Shown: positions 1 to 11,536 of the stretch, in pieces
Layout of the letters: each line of letters opens with the position of its first letter
How positions within the stretch are numbered: the first letter of the stretch is position 1
The notes under the pieces: generated by a model
Told to the model about the DNA's origin: nothing
Database searches by the model: none
Seen by the model: the letters and a program-made list of their open reading frames with translations, nothing else
Assembly: GCF_008831285.2 (NCBI RefSeq)
Contig: NC_045138.2
Coordinates: 40,486,001 to 40,550,000, forward strand
DNA from: Nymphaea colorata
Taxonomy: Eukaryota
DNA: 64,000 nucleotides
Direction: 5' to 3'
Position numbers and translations under genes: made by a program

Positions 1-519
1 TGCCAGGAATTTATTTGTTTGATGGATTGGGAATTGGCTTGTTGCCGTAGTTGCTAGGTAAAGAGCTGATTAACCAATTTGTCACCAACAAGATCAGGCG
101 CCTTAATTTTAATTTATTATAGACGTAACCTATCGTTTAATAATCTTTTTGCTTAAATGAAAACAAAATTGAAAGGCGTTATTTGGTTAAGTTTCATATG
201 ATCAAATATGTTGGGATCCTTTGATCGACACATAACAAGGATGATGAGGTCGATAGGCTTTAGCGTAAGATTCAATTTCCTTCTTATAACATTTAATATT
301 CGGATGTGTGTGCTTTAAGAGGAGTGAATGATAACACTCCAAAAGTTTAATGTCTTAAAGATTATGCATGAGGGACGTCTTCAAGGACCTATAAAGAAGG
401 TTGTTAACATAGTCGGCTGTCCTTATTCCTCCCACTTTTCAGGCTAGAACAGAAACTACAAAGGAACAGGATGGGATTTGTCGAACAAGGGCCTAAGTCA
501 GGTGTGGAGTGGGCTGTTA

Positions 520-1015
520 CATAAATTCTATTTGTAGAGACTAGAATCAAGCAAGAACGAAGAGATCACAATGATAGTATCTCAATACTTAACATGGGAA
601 TACTAGGCAACATGAGTGGTGGCATGCTTATGGCATTATCAGCCAAAAACGTACTGCAGAATCTGCAACCATATGGTCCTTTTGTGGATCATAAATTCTA
701 TTTGTAAAGTCTAGAAGCAAGAAGGAACTAACAGACCTCAATGATAGTATCTCAATATTTGACAGCAAGAAACTATGCAAAATGGAGTTGTGTCATGCTT
801 ATGCCATTATCAGCAAAAAAACAAGGTTGCTTCATTGATGATAGCTTGAAAGAACCTGATGTAAGAATTTGCATACTCGAGAACGTGCAACCATATGGTC
901 CTTTCGTGGATCATAAATTCTCCTTCTCAAGACTAGTTGATAGTGTCATCTGGCTAGATTCTTCTTACATTTGAAGCTTTTGAGAGAGTTTTTCCACAAC
1001 AACAACGAACAGAAT
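520..1015 (+). mobile_element. Degenerate Ty1/Copia gag N-terminal fragments, internally tandem-duplicated
   Basis: Across frameshifts the sequence reads IVSQYLTARNYAKWSCVMLMPLSAK..FIDDSLKEPDV..FAY.RTCNHMVLSWIINS..DSVIWLDSS. This matches the plant Copia gag motif LTGxNYxxWSRAMxxALSAKNKxGFIDG...WxxCNxMVLSWIxNS. The motif repeats at ~570-700 and ~741-970. Confidence 0.8.
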
Positions 1016-1291
1016 TAACAAATTTTGGGGCCTCAGAAATAGAATCACGCATGACGAATCCATGCCCACCGCGCAAGGGCTAGTGGAATCCATCTGGAAA
1101 GACCTCAGAAGTCTATGGGAAAGAATCCAGGTTCACTCATCGTGCTATCAAGAAGTAGTTGCTTGGTCTTCTACCAATATTACTCTCAGCCCCATCAGCC
1201 AAACCAAGATCCACTTGGTGGTCCACAAGAGGAGAAACTACTTTAAAGTGGCCTTTGCCATCTACCATAGCGATGGGTACTATCATGTAAT

Positions 1292-1323
1292 GGGGGGGGT
1301 GGGGGGGGTGGTGGGGGTGGGGG
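1292..1323 (+). repeat. G-rich (GGGGGT-like) microsatellite expansion, potential G-quadruplex
   Basis: The tract ggggggggtggggggggtggtgggggtggggg is present here, while the paralogous site (~14087-14094) has only a single G8 run. Confidence 0.7.
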
Positions 1324-1899
1324 TAGAGTGCCACCCTCACCCGATGTATGAGAACATTTGGCGCATCATCGACACCGCTATCTCGATCGTGGCTGACAGA
1401 TTGATGAAAATAGGCCCCTTCATTGGGCCGAGAGAGTGGAGCTTACATGCGAAGAGGAACTGGAATCAGCCAACCAGTCTCACTCACACTTCCTCCATAT
1501 TGTTCCATTGTAGGAATCAATTTTTCCTGTCAAACTCAAACCCTGTTTTAGAGATCATCTTGCTCTTGTTTAAACCTGTCAACCAGGTACAAGGTTGAAA
1601 TGTGTCACTCTAGCTAATTAGAGCTTACCCCTTTGTTTTGTACGTTGTATATAACCATTCCTCTTGATTCAGTATATTGGAGTCTACCCCGACAGGTTTG
1701 CAGCGGAAAATCATTCACAAATAGAAAAAAACCTTAACACAAAGATGGAAGGACCTACTTTTTGTTGTTTAGATGCAAAAAATCGATGAAAAATTTTTGC
1801 AATCACTTAATGTGCGGCATCTGCCGGTGGAAAGAGGTAGGAGAAATGAAGATGGAAGAAGAAGAAAGGGGAAGAAGTGTTCGGGTGGACATAAAAAAT

Positions 1900-2160
1900 C
1901 AGGGAAGCCTTTGCCGATGGAGACGAAACGTCGTTAAAATTGTTACTTAAAAATATCGGTAAAGGTATTGCGAAAACTTTTACCGACGCATGGAGAAAAT
2001 CTTGGTAAAATGATTATTACTGACGTTCAAGAATAATACGTCAATGAAATGAGAACTTATACTGATGCAAAAACGGACGTCGATAATGTGTCGTCGGGAA
2101 GCACTTACAGCAATGCGAGGTGTACTACTTGTCGGTGAAAATATAATTCTTACCGACATC
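1900..2160. mobile_element. CACTA (En/Spm)-type subterminal repeat remnant
   Basis: Repeated direct and inverted TTACCGAC / GTCGGTAA-like motifs. The paralogous copy at 14700-14991 keeps a CACTA-like terminus. Confidence 0.6.
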
Positions 2161-2249
2161 CACTTGATGTAAAGTCTTCATAATTTGCATGCTGGAGAAC
2201 GTGCAACCACAGTAGATAACATCAATAATTTGCATACTAGAGAATACGT

Positions 2250-2948
2250 GGCGTTCTCTAGCATGCAAATTATGAAGACGTTTTATCAGGTTGTTTCAAA
2301 CACCATCAATGAAAGAGGCCTTATTTTTTGCTGATAATGCCATAAACATGACATGACTCCGTGTTGCATAATTTCCCCCCCTGTTAAATGTTGGGATACG
2401 AGCATCTTACCTGGTTGTCAAAAGGATGAAAGGAAGAATTGGGTTTTTGAGGAATTTGTTGCGCTGTATTCATCAGATCAAGTATTCGATCCAGCAACTG
2501 TGTTTGAACAATTGGAACTAAAAGCTGAGTTTGATGGAGCTATTGAAGTGACTCTGATACCACGTAAAGCCCAAAGCATTGCAATAGGATTTCACCCAAA
2601 GAAATGCAAAGAGACGGGACAGAAAGACAAACAGGGAAGAGACAGAGAGCGTGGAGTGCAAAAAACGCTTAATCAATTTTCATTACTCTGAAGAAGGCTT
2701 ATTTATACTCCTTTACAAAAGGATCAGTTAAAAAGCGGTAACCAGTTCCGATACGCATCACCAACTCTGATCTCTTGAATATTCTAGAGTTCTCTATGCA
2801 TGTGCAGGAAATATCTGCAGTTTCAAGTTAACTTGACATAAATAACTTTTGCAAAAATATCTGCTATACAGTTTGACGTTAATCTGAAGCTGCAAATTAA
2901 CGGATTCTGCAAGACGAGTCTGAGCCAAACTGAATACATATGTCAACA
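2250..2948 (-). mobile_element. Truncated Ty1/Copia LTR retrotransposon: 5' LTR, PBS and gag start
   Basis: On the minus strand a ~386-bp LTR (2948-2563) begins TGTTGA and contains a TATAAATA box. It is followed directly by a tRNA-iMet PBS TGGTATCAGAG(T) (2562-2551), then a frameshifted gag reading NPFFLHPFDNPGKMLVSQHLTGGNYATRSHVMFMALSAKNKASFIDG (~2445-2300). Confidence 0.8.
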
Positions 2949-5900
2949 CAACACTCAAAAAACAATATACAACCACCAGCATCGAGGATATAAAGAAGGG
3001 TCAAATCCTAGAGCACTTATGAAAGAGAATGCCGTGAAATCATGTTTCTGGAATTCTTTTTGGAGGGTTTTCTTTTGGTCTGCTTGCCTTAACATTTTCC
3101 GGTGTGCCTGGTGTCTCAGGCAAACACGTTTCTCACACTAAAAATTTAAAGTTCTTGAACATACAAATAGGATTTTTAAGACAGTAGTCTCATGGCGGCT
3201 TCCATGTAATGGGTTTCATGAAAATCATGATTCTTAAGCACACATGATTTGATACTCCCGTGAACCTATTATTTTTTTCCTTTGGACACTCGCACTCATT
3301 ACTCTTTTCTCCTTAAGGCTTAAGGTAGATTGGCTAGTTCTCAATATGCATGATTTTTCTATGTGGACCCATTCCTTTTTGTCCTGAACTTTCATAAAAT
3401 ATGAAGGTTCGTGCAAATTAATGACTTTTGAACAATAGTTGGTTTATGATAAAAAAAAATATTCGATTATCAAAGTCAAAGTAATCCATAATGGCCATTA
3501 AGAAAATATCCAAATTATGTTCTTATAAAAAGAACCATTTTTTCAATCAATTCATGTTTCTTATAATATTATATCTTCTGTACCAAATTTCGATATTTGA
3601 TAATGTAAATATATGGATCTGTTATCTAATTTATCTATTAATAGATCTAAGATATCTCAATCTGAACGCGTACTGCTCGCTACTTGAACGTGCATCTGCC
3701 ATATGAAAGAGGAAGTTTTTTCCCCAAGTGTAGCTGACATAGATTTTCGAATCTACACAAAAAACTAAATTTGCCAAAAGAACAACACTTATTTTCACCA
3801 CACCTCTCAAGTGGGAGGTAAGGATTGTGAGATACCCAACTGAGGCAGGGCCTCTTCAAAGGAAAAAAACAGACATATCCAATTGAAGATACTTCATTAA
3901 ATTAGTTTTGAGACAAACTCTTGGATAAGACATCTGCTAAGTATCTAAACTTCTGGTGTAAGGAGTGCTTTTTCTTTTCTTCGACTCTTCTCCCTTGTAT
4001 AATCATATTTGGTCTCAACGTCCATTCCTTGTGAAATATTGACAACGATGCAACTTGATCGTCACAAAGCACAGGAACTACATTAATTTAATATAGCCAA
4101 GTCTTCACAAAGGCCATTGCACAGATTACTCATAAGCAGTTGTAATCTTTCACTTTCCCATCGGCCCTGCAGAAAACAAGTATCCCATCAGCACAGCAAA
4201 CGGCAAAGGAATGAACATCTTGGTCCTCAATTTAGGGGATGGCCCGCCTCTTCCAAGTTTCGAAGCTTTAGTAAGAGTTTTTACACAACATCAATGAAAG
4301 GAATAAGCGAGATCAGATCGCCTTGTGGAAGAATTACCCGAAATCAAGGGCTAGACTCATAAAATGTTCTCTATAGGGCGCGACGGTAAGAAGTTGACGC
4401 TGAAATGATCTCTAATGGCAGTCTATATTAGTTGGCTTTTTTCAGTAGTGGAAGTGGTCGAATTGCATGGTCGAGAACTTCCCTTCGGTTCCCTATTAAA
4501 GACACAATGAAATGCTTTAAGAAATCACCTTTTTTGAGAGGAAATGTAGTGGCTTGCAACGGGTCGAACGCACAAAACTCACTCAAATTTTTTGTAACTG
4601 GGCGGGACTACCTAGTTGTTTGGTACTGATCATTGTTCTTGTACAAAGGTTTTTGGTTGTACGTAGTTCTTAATAAATTTTGGGTCATGCCCTTAGAATA
4701 TATCTTTCCATTCTAAAAGATCTTCAGTTTTTAATCCCCGGGAATCCCAAATCTTGTATATATTTTTTCTTCAACTATCTATAAAAAAATGAGATGATAC
4801 GATGAAGTATTGAATTTTAGTGGTATTTCTATCATGTCTATCTTAGCCCACTTATTTTCTCCATCGACAATGCTATGTAAAAGCAACAAAAGCTAAATGA
4901 GTCATTTAAAATCATGTTAAAAATCGCCTGTGATTGGAAAATTTTCCTTTTCTTTGAGGGGGTTTTTTGAAAAAAGTATACTAAAAGTTTCGGCGATAAT
5001 AAAAAAACATACTTGACCTTGTATTGTTGCAAAAGATACAAATAGATTTTGCACCGTTTATGAAAGACGGCCTTTTATGTATTAATTAAACCTCCAAGCT
5101 TTCTTGAGATAAAAAGACAAAAACACCTTTAACACACATAAACGACCTTTTGTATTAATTATTTACATTAGCTTCTTTGAACTACCAATAATTCTAATGG
5201 ATCAATTTTAGCTACATTTGAGTGATGTGAGTACCTATACCACTTGAACCAATGGCCGGTTGCCTACCACCCACTGTTCCTTTACTTTAATACTGGTAAT
5301 GGATTGGGTATATTGCTCCTGATGCGGAAGGTTGAATTTTCATTTTAAATTGTACATTGATGTGATTTGTATTGTAGTTTCATTTAATTGCACATCTTTC
5401 AGTTTGTCTCTAAATTAAGTGGAAATTACAGTTTAAACATTAATTCTTGAAGTCTTCCCCGGTGACAGCTTCTTACTATGAATGCACGTCTGCAGTACCT
5501 AGAAAGGAACAGTTCATATTACCTAAATGCAGTTTGTGCAACCTATTTCTTTTCCAATAACCATGAACAACTTCAGTTTCAGACGGGTCGAGACTTCGTT
5601 GTGGCGTACTTGTAGTCTCCTCTTGAACACGCCAAGAGTTTTGAGGTGAAGGCCTCTTCAAAGATTCACGTACCATTTGAAAGATGGGGTTGAAATACTG
5701 GTTAATAAGCACATAAGACGAGGATGATATCAACAGTCAATAGGGTAAAGCAGGAGAACAAAATGAGAAGACATGCCAAGAGGGAAAAAGCTTACGACAC
5801 TAACGCCGTGGCTTTAGAGAACATGTTCTTATATAGCAGATATCTCAAGAACATGGAAGCGTCATATATATAATTGTAAGCGTAGTTTTAAATCAAATAA

Positions 5901-6161
5901 TAATGCTTAACATGCAACATTGAGACTGAAAAAGCAAACACCAACATTGCCAATGCCTACAAACACAAGTAACTAACGACTGGTTTATTGTGTAAGAACC
6001 ATGCACCTCATCAACTGGGTAAGAGGGGAGGACGAAGAGGCGTACACTCACTTGCCTACCGTTATTACATATATGGCAAAACTGGCCCACTTATTCAAAC
6101 TCATTAAGAAGAGACACCTGCTTCACATGTTCCTTATTCGATGAACTGCTTTTGGAGGAGT

Positions 6162-6178
6162 AGATGGGGTAGACAGGA
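6162..6178 (-). pseudogene. Tiny 3' remnant of a second GH17 beta-1,3-glucanase copy
   Basis: gatggggtagacagga is identical to the PVYPI-coding end of the pseudogene near 19260-19275. The adjacent 5900-6150 matches its 3' flank (19030-19230). The rest of the gene is absent, replaced at a junction by sequence paralogous to 15564 onward. Confidence 0.55.
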
Positions 6179-6589
6179 TCCACTTTCATTGAGACCCTAA
6201 CCCAATTCTAATGGACTTGCTCAATGCAAAAGTACACAGACGGTCTGTGAATATAACTAGCTTCCCAGGGAACAAAAAGGCATTCAATATCTTTACAAGA
6301 ATATACTATACAACATGAAGACGTGCATATTCCCCTTTTGAGTAGTCTCAAGGTTCATGACTAGTTCATTATGAACAAGTCACTCTTGAAAATATTTGTA
6401 AAAAGATTTTTTCTTTTTTTTTAGATTGAAAGTATATTACAAGAAAAAGTTAAGAAGTAAGTTATGTTTTAATTGTAGAGAAAATGTATATACACCGTAT
6501 TCGGTACCGCGAAACGCATAAGCTGTTTGGTCTGCCTCCTTATCAAATAGAATTATCCAAAATTTTGAATGCAGATCAGAATTCTCTTG

Positions 6590-6920
6590 CCTTACCAAGT
6601 TCAAAATTAGGTTCACACGCGTTTGATGACTAGCTGAAAGTGTTCATTTTTTTCTTGCGTTGTGGATTCAGGTTAGATCCTGCCCGAAGCTTCAAGATGG
6701 CGAAGGAGATATGTTTATGAATGGTGTGGACGCCAGCCCTTGTGTTGAATGAAGCATGCATGTGTAGAACTTGTGTGCCTTTTGTCCCGTTATCTATCAG
6801 ATGTTGTGCTTCTATCTATTATCTAATGAAGAAAGCAATGAGCACGTCTGTTTGTATCCATGATGGCTCTAATGCTTTTGGTTCGGTTTAGGACAAGAGC
6901 CAGTTAAGATCTATGGTCAT
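6590..6920 (+). pseudogene. Orphan nsLTP intron end, exon 2 and 3' UTR remnant
   Basis: Paralogous to 11080-11410. The acceptor ttcag (6670-6671) is followed by GT TAG ATC CTG CCC GAA, so the Tyr codon TAC has become TAG. No exon 1 is found upstream. Confidence 0.7.
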
Positions 6921-7759
6921 GTCTGCCACTTGTTGCCATATACTGCAAGCACAGGGAGTCGACGAGAATAAAAGTAGAACCAATAAATAAAATGAAGCGA
7001 TCGGCCATAATGCCAAACTCTACGGCTGCTTTCTCGGAATCCACCTTCAAATTTTATTTTTTTGTTTTACCAAATGCATTAAAGGTTGCTTTTTTTCTAA
7101 TATTGAAAAATTATTTTCTAGTTGATTGCTTTTCACATTTGCGAGAAAAAGATCTTCATAATGGTCAAATTTCTGTTACTTGAACTGAGACGCTCCTAAA
7201 TGGACTGCAATTCATGAGTCACAAATCGATTCGGCTGATTCGATTTCATTAATCAATTTGATTTTCTATTTACAACACTCTTCTCGAGATGAACGTCCAC
7301 CCCCCTTCCCTAAGAAAGCAAGTTAAAATATTTATTAGTATGATGAATTGGGAATTGGCATGTTGCGATAGTTGCTAGCTAAGAGTTGATTAACGGACAT
7401 ATACTTATTCACCAGACAGTCACCAACGTGATCAGGCGCCTTAGTATAGGCGTGATCTCTCTTAACTGGATACAGAGTTGCATATGGATTTGAATTTCTG
7501 AAGCCAAATTAAGTTTTGGACGAGTAAGATACCAATTTTTGATCAAATCCGATCTCTATTCATGTATTTTCAATTCAAATCATTGGGATTTGGTTATCGG
7601 ACCTTATTCTAGTCCAATCAGGACATTTGAAGCCATTTCCTGTCCTTTACCGGATCCGATGAGAAAAGAGTTTTGATGTTTAGAGTTAGCAGCCTACACT
7701 GTATACAAGGGAAGGATTATGTGACATATATATTATGTGTATGTAACCTCGAGACACCC

Positions 7760-7910
7760 ATCAATCATTGATGGTAGCGTGAAAGAACCGTATGGTCATT
7801 TCGTAGATGATAGATTCTATTTCTAAAGACCTAGCTGATGGTGCCATCTGGCCAGATTTTTCCTATATTGAAAGCTTTCGTGAGCGTTTTTCCACGGCAA
7901 TAATGAGCAG
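7760..7910 (+). mobile_element. Degenerate Copia gag fragment
   Basis: Reads IDGSVKEP...MVIS.MIDSISKDLADGAIWPD...FRERFSHGN across frameshifts, paralogous to 830-1010. Confidence 0.55.
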
Positions 7911-9899
7911 ACTAGGCGAGATCAGATGGACATGACCAAGAATTACCCGCAATCGATGGCTTCACCCATAACTAGGAAGATGAGACTGAAATGATCTCCA
8001 ATGGCCGTCGGCAGCTGGCATTTCTCAGTAGTGGCAGTTGCAGAGTCATTTCCTCTATAATGACTCAATGAAATGCTTTAAAAAATCACCTTTTTTGAGA
8101 GGTAACCCAGCGTTTTGCAACGAAGCTGGTTGGGGTGTGCATGAGAATTTGGTGCACACGAGTGGAAATGAGCAAAATACAAGAACTTTTTTAAAAGGTA
8201 AACATGATTTAAAAACAGAAAAATGTCTAAACTGTCTACCTTCACTACTTCCATTGGTGCATATTTGTTGAGTGCACGCAACTCAATCTGGTTCTGGTTT
8301 TGCAATGGGTTCGACTGGTATTTTCATCATATCTATCTTAGCCCGCTTGTTTTCTTCATTGAGAATGCCTTCAAAACATTGTTTGTAAAACAAAGGTTTG
8401 GGTTTGTTTTCACTAGGGAACCATACAACGCTAGGGAACTGTCCTGAATAGGCTTGGTTCCGCACCTAGCTAGTAGGCAATCAGCCACTAGTTTGAGAAA
8501 CATGAGTGTCCATCAATTCACCAAGCACCAGCCTTGGGCTAAAGCGTGATGCATTAGCTAATGTGTTATGCAGGCATCAACCTAAGCACCGACACCGTCC
8601 TTGATTCACCGACACTATCTTTGACTATTGAGCAAGCTAGAAAAAACACAAGAGAGAAAGGGGGTAAGGACTTTGGCTCTTATATGAACGAGATAGAATG
8701 AAATACTCTATAGAATGAAATATTCTGTTGTTGCTCACCCAAAGAACAACACCATAAAATCACTATGCACTCACAGGAAAATGAGGGGAAAATTAAAGAG
8801 ATTAATTTTGGTTTTATTAATTTCTTTTGTTTCTCTACATCTATCTGTTCTTTAAGTCAGAAAACTAAAATAGACATTATGTGAATCAATTCGGCCTCTT
8901 AATCATGATAAACATTGCTCGTTGCACGGCACGACAAAATAGAGTGCAAGTAAACGACATCTGGCTGTGAAAGCACAAGCAAATAGCTTTATTGGTATAT
9001 GATTGCACGCTTACAAATGATAAAAGATCCATGTTTGTGAACTTGTTTGTGTGAGCTTAAAGGACTTTTCATATTATGCTCCTTCCTTGGGAAGGCATGT
9101 TTTCATGTTTTACCAGAGGAGTATTTTGGTATTTTTAAAGTATACAAATTTTCGTGTTCAACTTTTGCTCTCATAAACAAAGGACATACCTAATATGGTT
9201 GTTAGCTGAAGTCAGGACCCCATAAGAAAATTTAATAAGTTTGAGACATTTAAAATCATGTAAAAAAAATGGCCTGCAAATGCAAAATTTTCCTTTTCTT
9301 TCAAGTGATTTTTTTTTTTTGAAAAAAAAAACCTAAAAATTTTGCAATAATAAAAAACATATTTGACTTTCCATGGTCTTCTCGAGATAAAATGACAAAA
9401 ACACCTTAAACACAAACAAATGTTTCATAGTAATCATTTACATTTCAGACTTTTAAGTACCAACAGTCATATTCATTGATCAAGTTTAGTAAAATTTAAA
9501 ATTAATTATGTTTGTTGATATCAAAAGTAATTAGGTTACGATTTTTTACTTAATTCCAGAAAATTATAGTGCAGGAAAATTAAATATGTCCATTAAGTTA
9601 GCTATATATACTTGCATGTTGTCATTTAGAGGGAAGATAACAATTTTAGCAGCTTAATAGTTAATTCGACAAAAATAAACGTGAGGATATTTTTAACTAA
9701 CCAAGAAAGCGTCGATGTCAAGATTTAAAAATTAAAAACAGATATATTAAAGGAGAGAAAATCTAGGTGAGCACATCCTTGGGTGCTCGACAAAATGACT
9801 AAATAAGCATCATCACATGTCCAGATGAGTATATATAGACCATACCCATGCATTGGGTAGAGCAGAACAGCTTTGCTATATAGAAAGAGAGAGAGAGAG

Positions 9900-11185
9900 A
9901 TGGCAGTGGCTTTTGTCAAAGTACTGAGCATCCTTGTGGTTGCCTTGTTGGCGGTACCAAGCGGCCTGAACTCCGGCCAGGTTATGGCATGTGACTGCCC
10001 AAAGGAGAAAGATGAGTTGATAGCTGTCTGCGGCAAGTACGCCCTGAAATGCAACCCAGTTCCTGGGCCGCCATGTCCAAGTTGCTGCAACAAGATCATG
10101 GCTTCAGATATTGCTTGTGCCTGCCGAGCACTCACTCCTACGGACGTGAAGATATACAATATAACATTGGGTCTCTGCAACGTCCACAAGTGTGGTTATC
10201 CCCTTCCCCCCGGCTTCAAATGCGCTGGTAATTCTCAACTCCTATGCTTTACGTTTATATTCGCATTACTTCAACGCTCATGGTGCTCTGGTGATTTGAT
10301 ACCCCAGGATCGACGTCAATGCTAAGAGGCCAAGCATTCGATCTCTTTCTCAATTTAGCCAATACGGGCCAGTAGCAGGGTTGGAGGGAGGTGGAGTTTC
10401 GGCGAAGCTTATGCTTCATGAATTCCACTCTTTGAAAAATTAGTTTAGTATTAAAACGTAGGTAAACTTAGGTCCAGTTACATAGAGTAGACCCATGAGA
10501 TTAAGCGTAAGATTAAGCGCAACTGTCCTTGAAAATTTGTTAACTATATAGTTAGTGTCTTATGGAAAAACGATTCTGACTTTATCCTGACCAGTAGGTT
10601 AATTAATTTCCTAGTTCACTTTTCATTGTCAGGTGAAGATGAAGAAATCTCGCCGTCCGACTAGTGAGAGTCAAAGCCCTCCTCTTTACCTTGAACCTTG
10701 GGGGCCTTAAGACTGTATCCATGCTTGAGTTGGAACTTATCCTTCTTGAGTGCATGGCTCATCCCTTGCCTCAGCACAAGGGGTGTGAGCACTTATATCA
10801 CTTGAACCGGAGTCCGGTTGCCTAAGGGTTCCCCTTTGATTAGTCATAAGATTCATAACTAGTTATTTATGAACATGTCAACTCTTGTAAATATTTGTAA
10901 AAGCATTTTTTTTTAAATATTGAGAGGTATATTAAAAGAAAATGTTAACAAGCAGGTTATGTTTTAATTATACATAAAAATTATATACACCACGTGCAAG
11001 CTGCTTGGCCTGCCTCCTGATCAAATCAGGTTATCTAAAATTGAGAAACCTACGCGGAACTTCGAGAATTCTCATGTGTCTTACCAAGTTCAAAATTAAG
11101 TCCGGCAGTGTTTCATGACTAACGACAAGTGTTCATTTTTTCTTACGTTGTGGATTCAGGTTACATGCTGCCCGAAGTTTGTTGA
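9900..11185 (+). CDS. Non-specific lipid-transfer protein / bifunctional inhibitor-seed storage family (type D / type VI 8CM), Cys-rich, 2 exons
   Basis: Exon 1 is 9900-10227: signal peptide MAVAFVKVLSILVVALLAVPSGLNSGQVMA, then the 8-Cys motif C-X10-C-X17-CC-X9-CXC-X22-C-X9-C. The GT donor lies 4 nt after the last motif Cys codon, the intron position typical of type D nsLTPs. Exon 2 is 11160-11185 after ttcag, giving ...GFKCAGYMLPEVC*, similar to the family C-terminus GYKCGxYTLP. A TATA-like sequence lies at ~9830. Confidence 0.88.
10376..10589. mobile_element. Non-autonomous hAT-like MITE in the nsLTP intron
   Basis: CAGGG...CCTG ends are flanked by a near-perfect 8-bp TSD, gccagtag (10368-10375) / accagtag (10590-10597). 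The paralogous intron at ~24620-24650 shows the empty site (gcaagtagattaattaattcc). Confidence 0.7.
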
Positions 11186-11256
11186 AGGCGAAGGAGCTTC
11201 GTTTATGAATGATGTGGGTGCCTGCTCTTGCGTTGAATGAAGCATAAGTAGTAATC

Positions 11257-11536
11257 GTGTGCCCTTGGTTCCGTGATCTATCAGATGTTGTACGTCTGTC
11301 TATTATCTAATGAATAAAGCAATGAGCATGGCTGTTTGTATGCATGATGGGTCTAATGCTTTTGGTGTTCGAATTAGGGCAAGAGTCGGTTAAGATCTAT
11401 GGTTATGTCAGGCACTTCCTGCCACATACTGCATGCACAGGTGTGCCTTTTGTTCCATGATCTATCAGATGTTGTACTTCTATCTATTATCTAATGAATA
11501 AAGCAATGAGCATAGCTGTTTGTGTGCATGATGGGT
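11257..11536 (+). repeat. ~95-bp direct duplication in the nsLTP 3' region
   Basis: gtgtgcc..tgatctatcagatgttgtac..ctattatctaatgaataaagcaatgagcat..gcatgatgggt occurs at ~11257-11352 and ~11441-11536, which duplicates an AATAAA-containing segment. Confidence 0.8.

Noticed and set aside
1062..1598. 178-aa ORF, with a 188-aa paralogous ORF at 13827-14393, as a novel protein gene
   Set aside because: The two copies differ by several frameshifts in the N-terminal half and at the C-terminus, have no recognisable domain and lie next to CACTA remnants. They are probably non-coding or TE-internal.
2353..2691. 112-aa plus-strand ORF (and 16240-16560)
   Set aside because: It is the antisense of the Copia gag, leader, PBS and LTR.
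4117..4629. Short ORFs repeated at 17104-17349
   Set aside because: Their similarity reflects the recent segmental duplication only. There is no domain or splice structure.
5476..5733. 85-aa minus ORF in the glucanase 3' flank
   Set aside because: The paralog at 18532-18717 has indels that change the frame, and no homology is recognisable.
9725..10189. 154-aa minus ORF
   Set aside because: It is the antisense shadow of the nsLTP exon.
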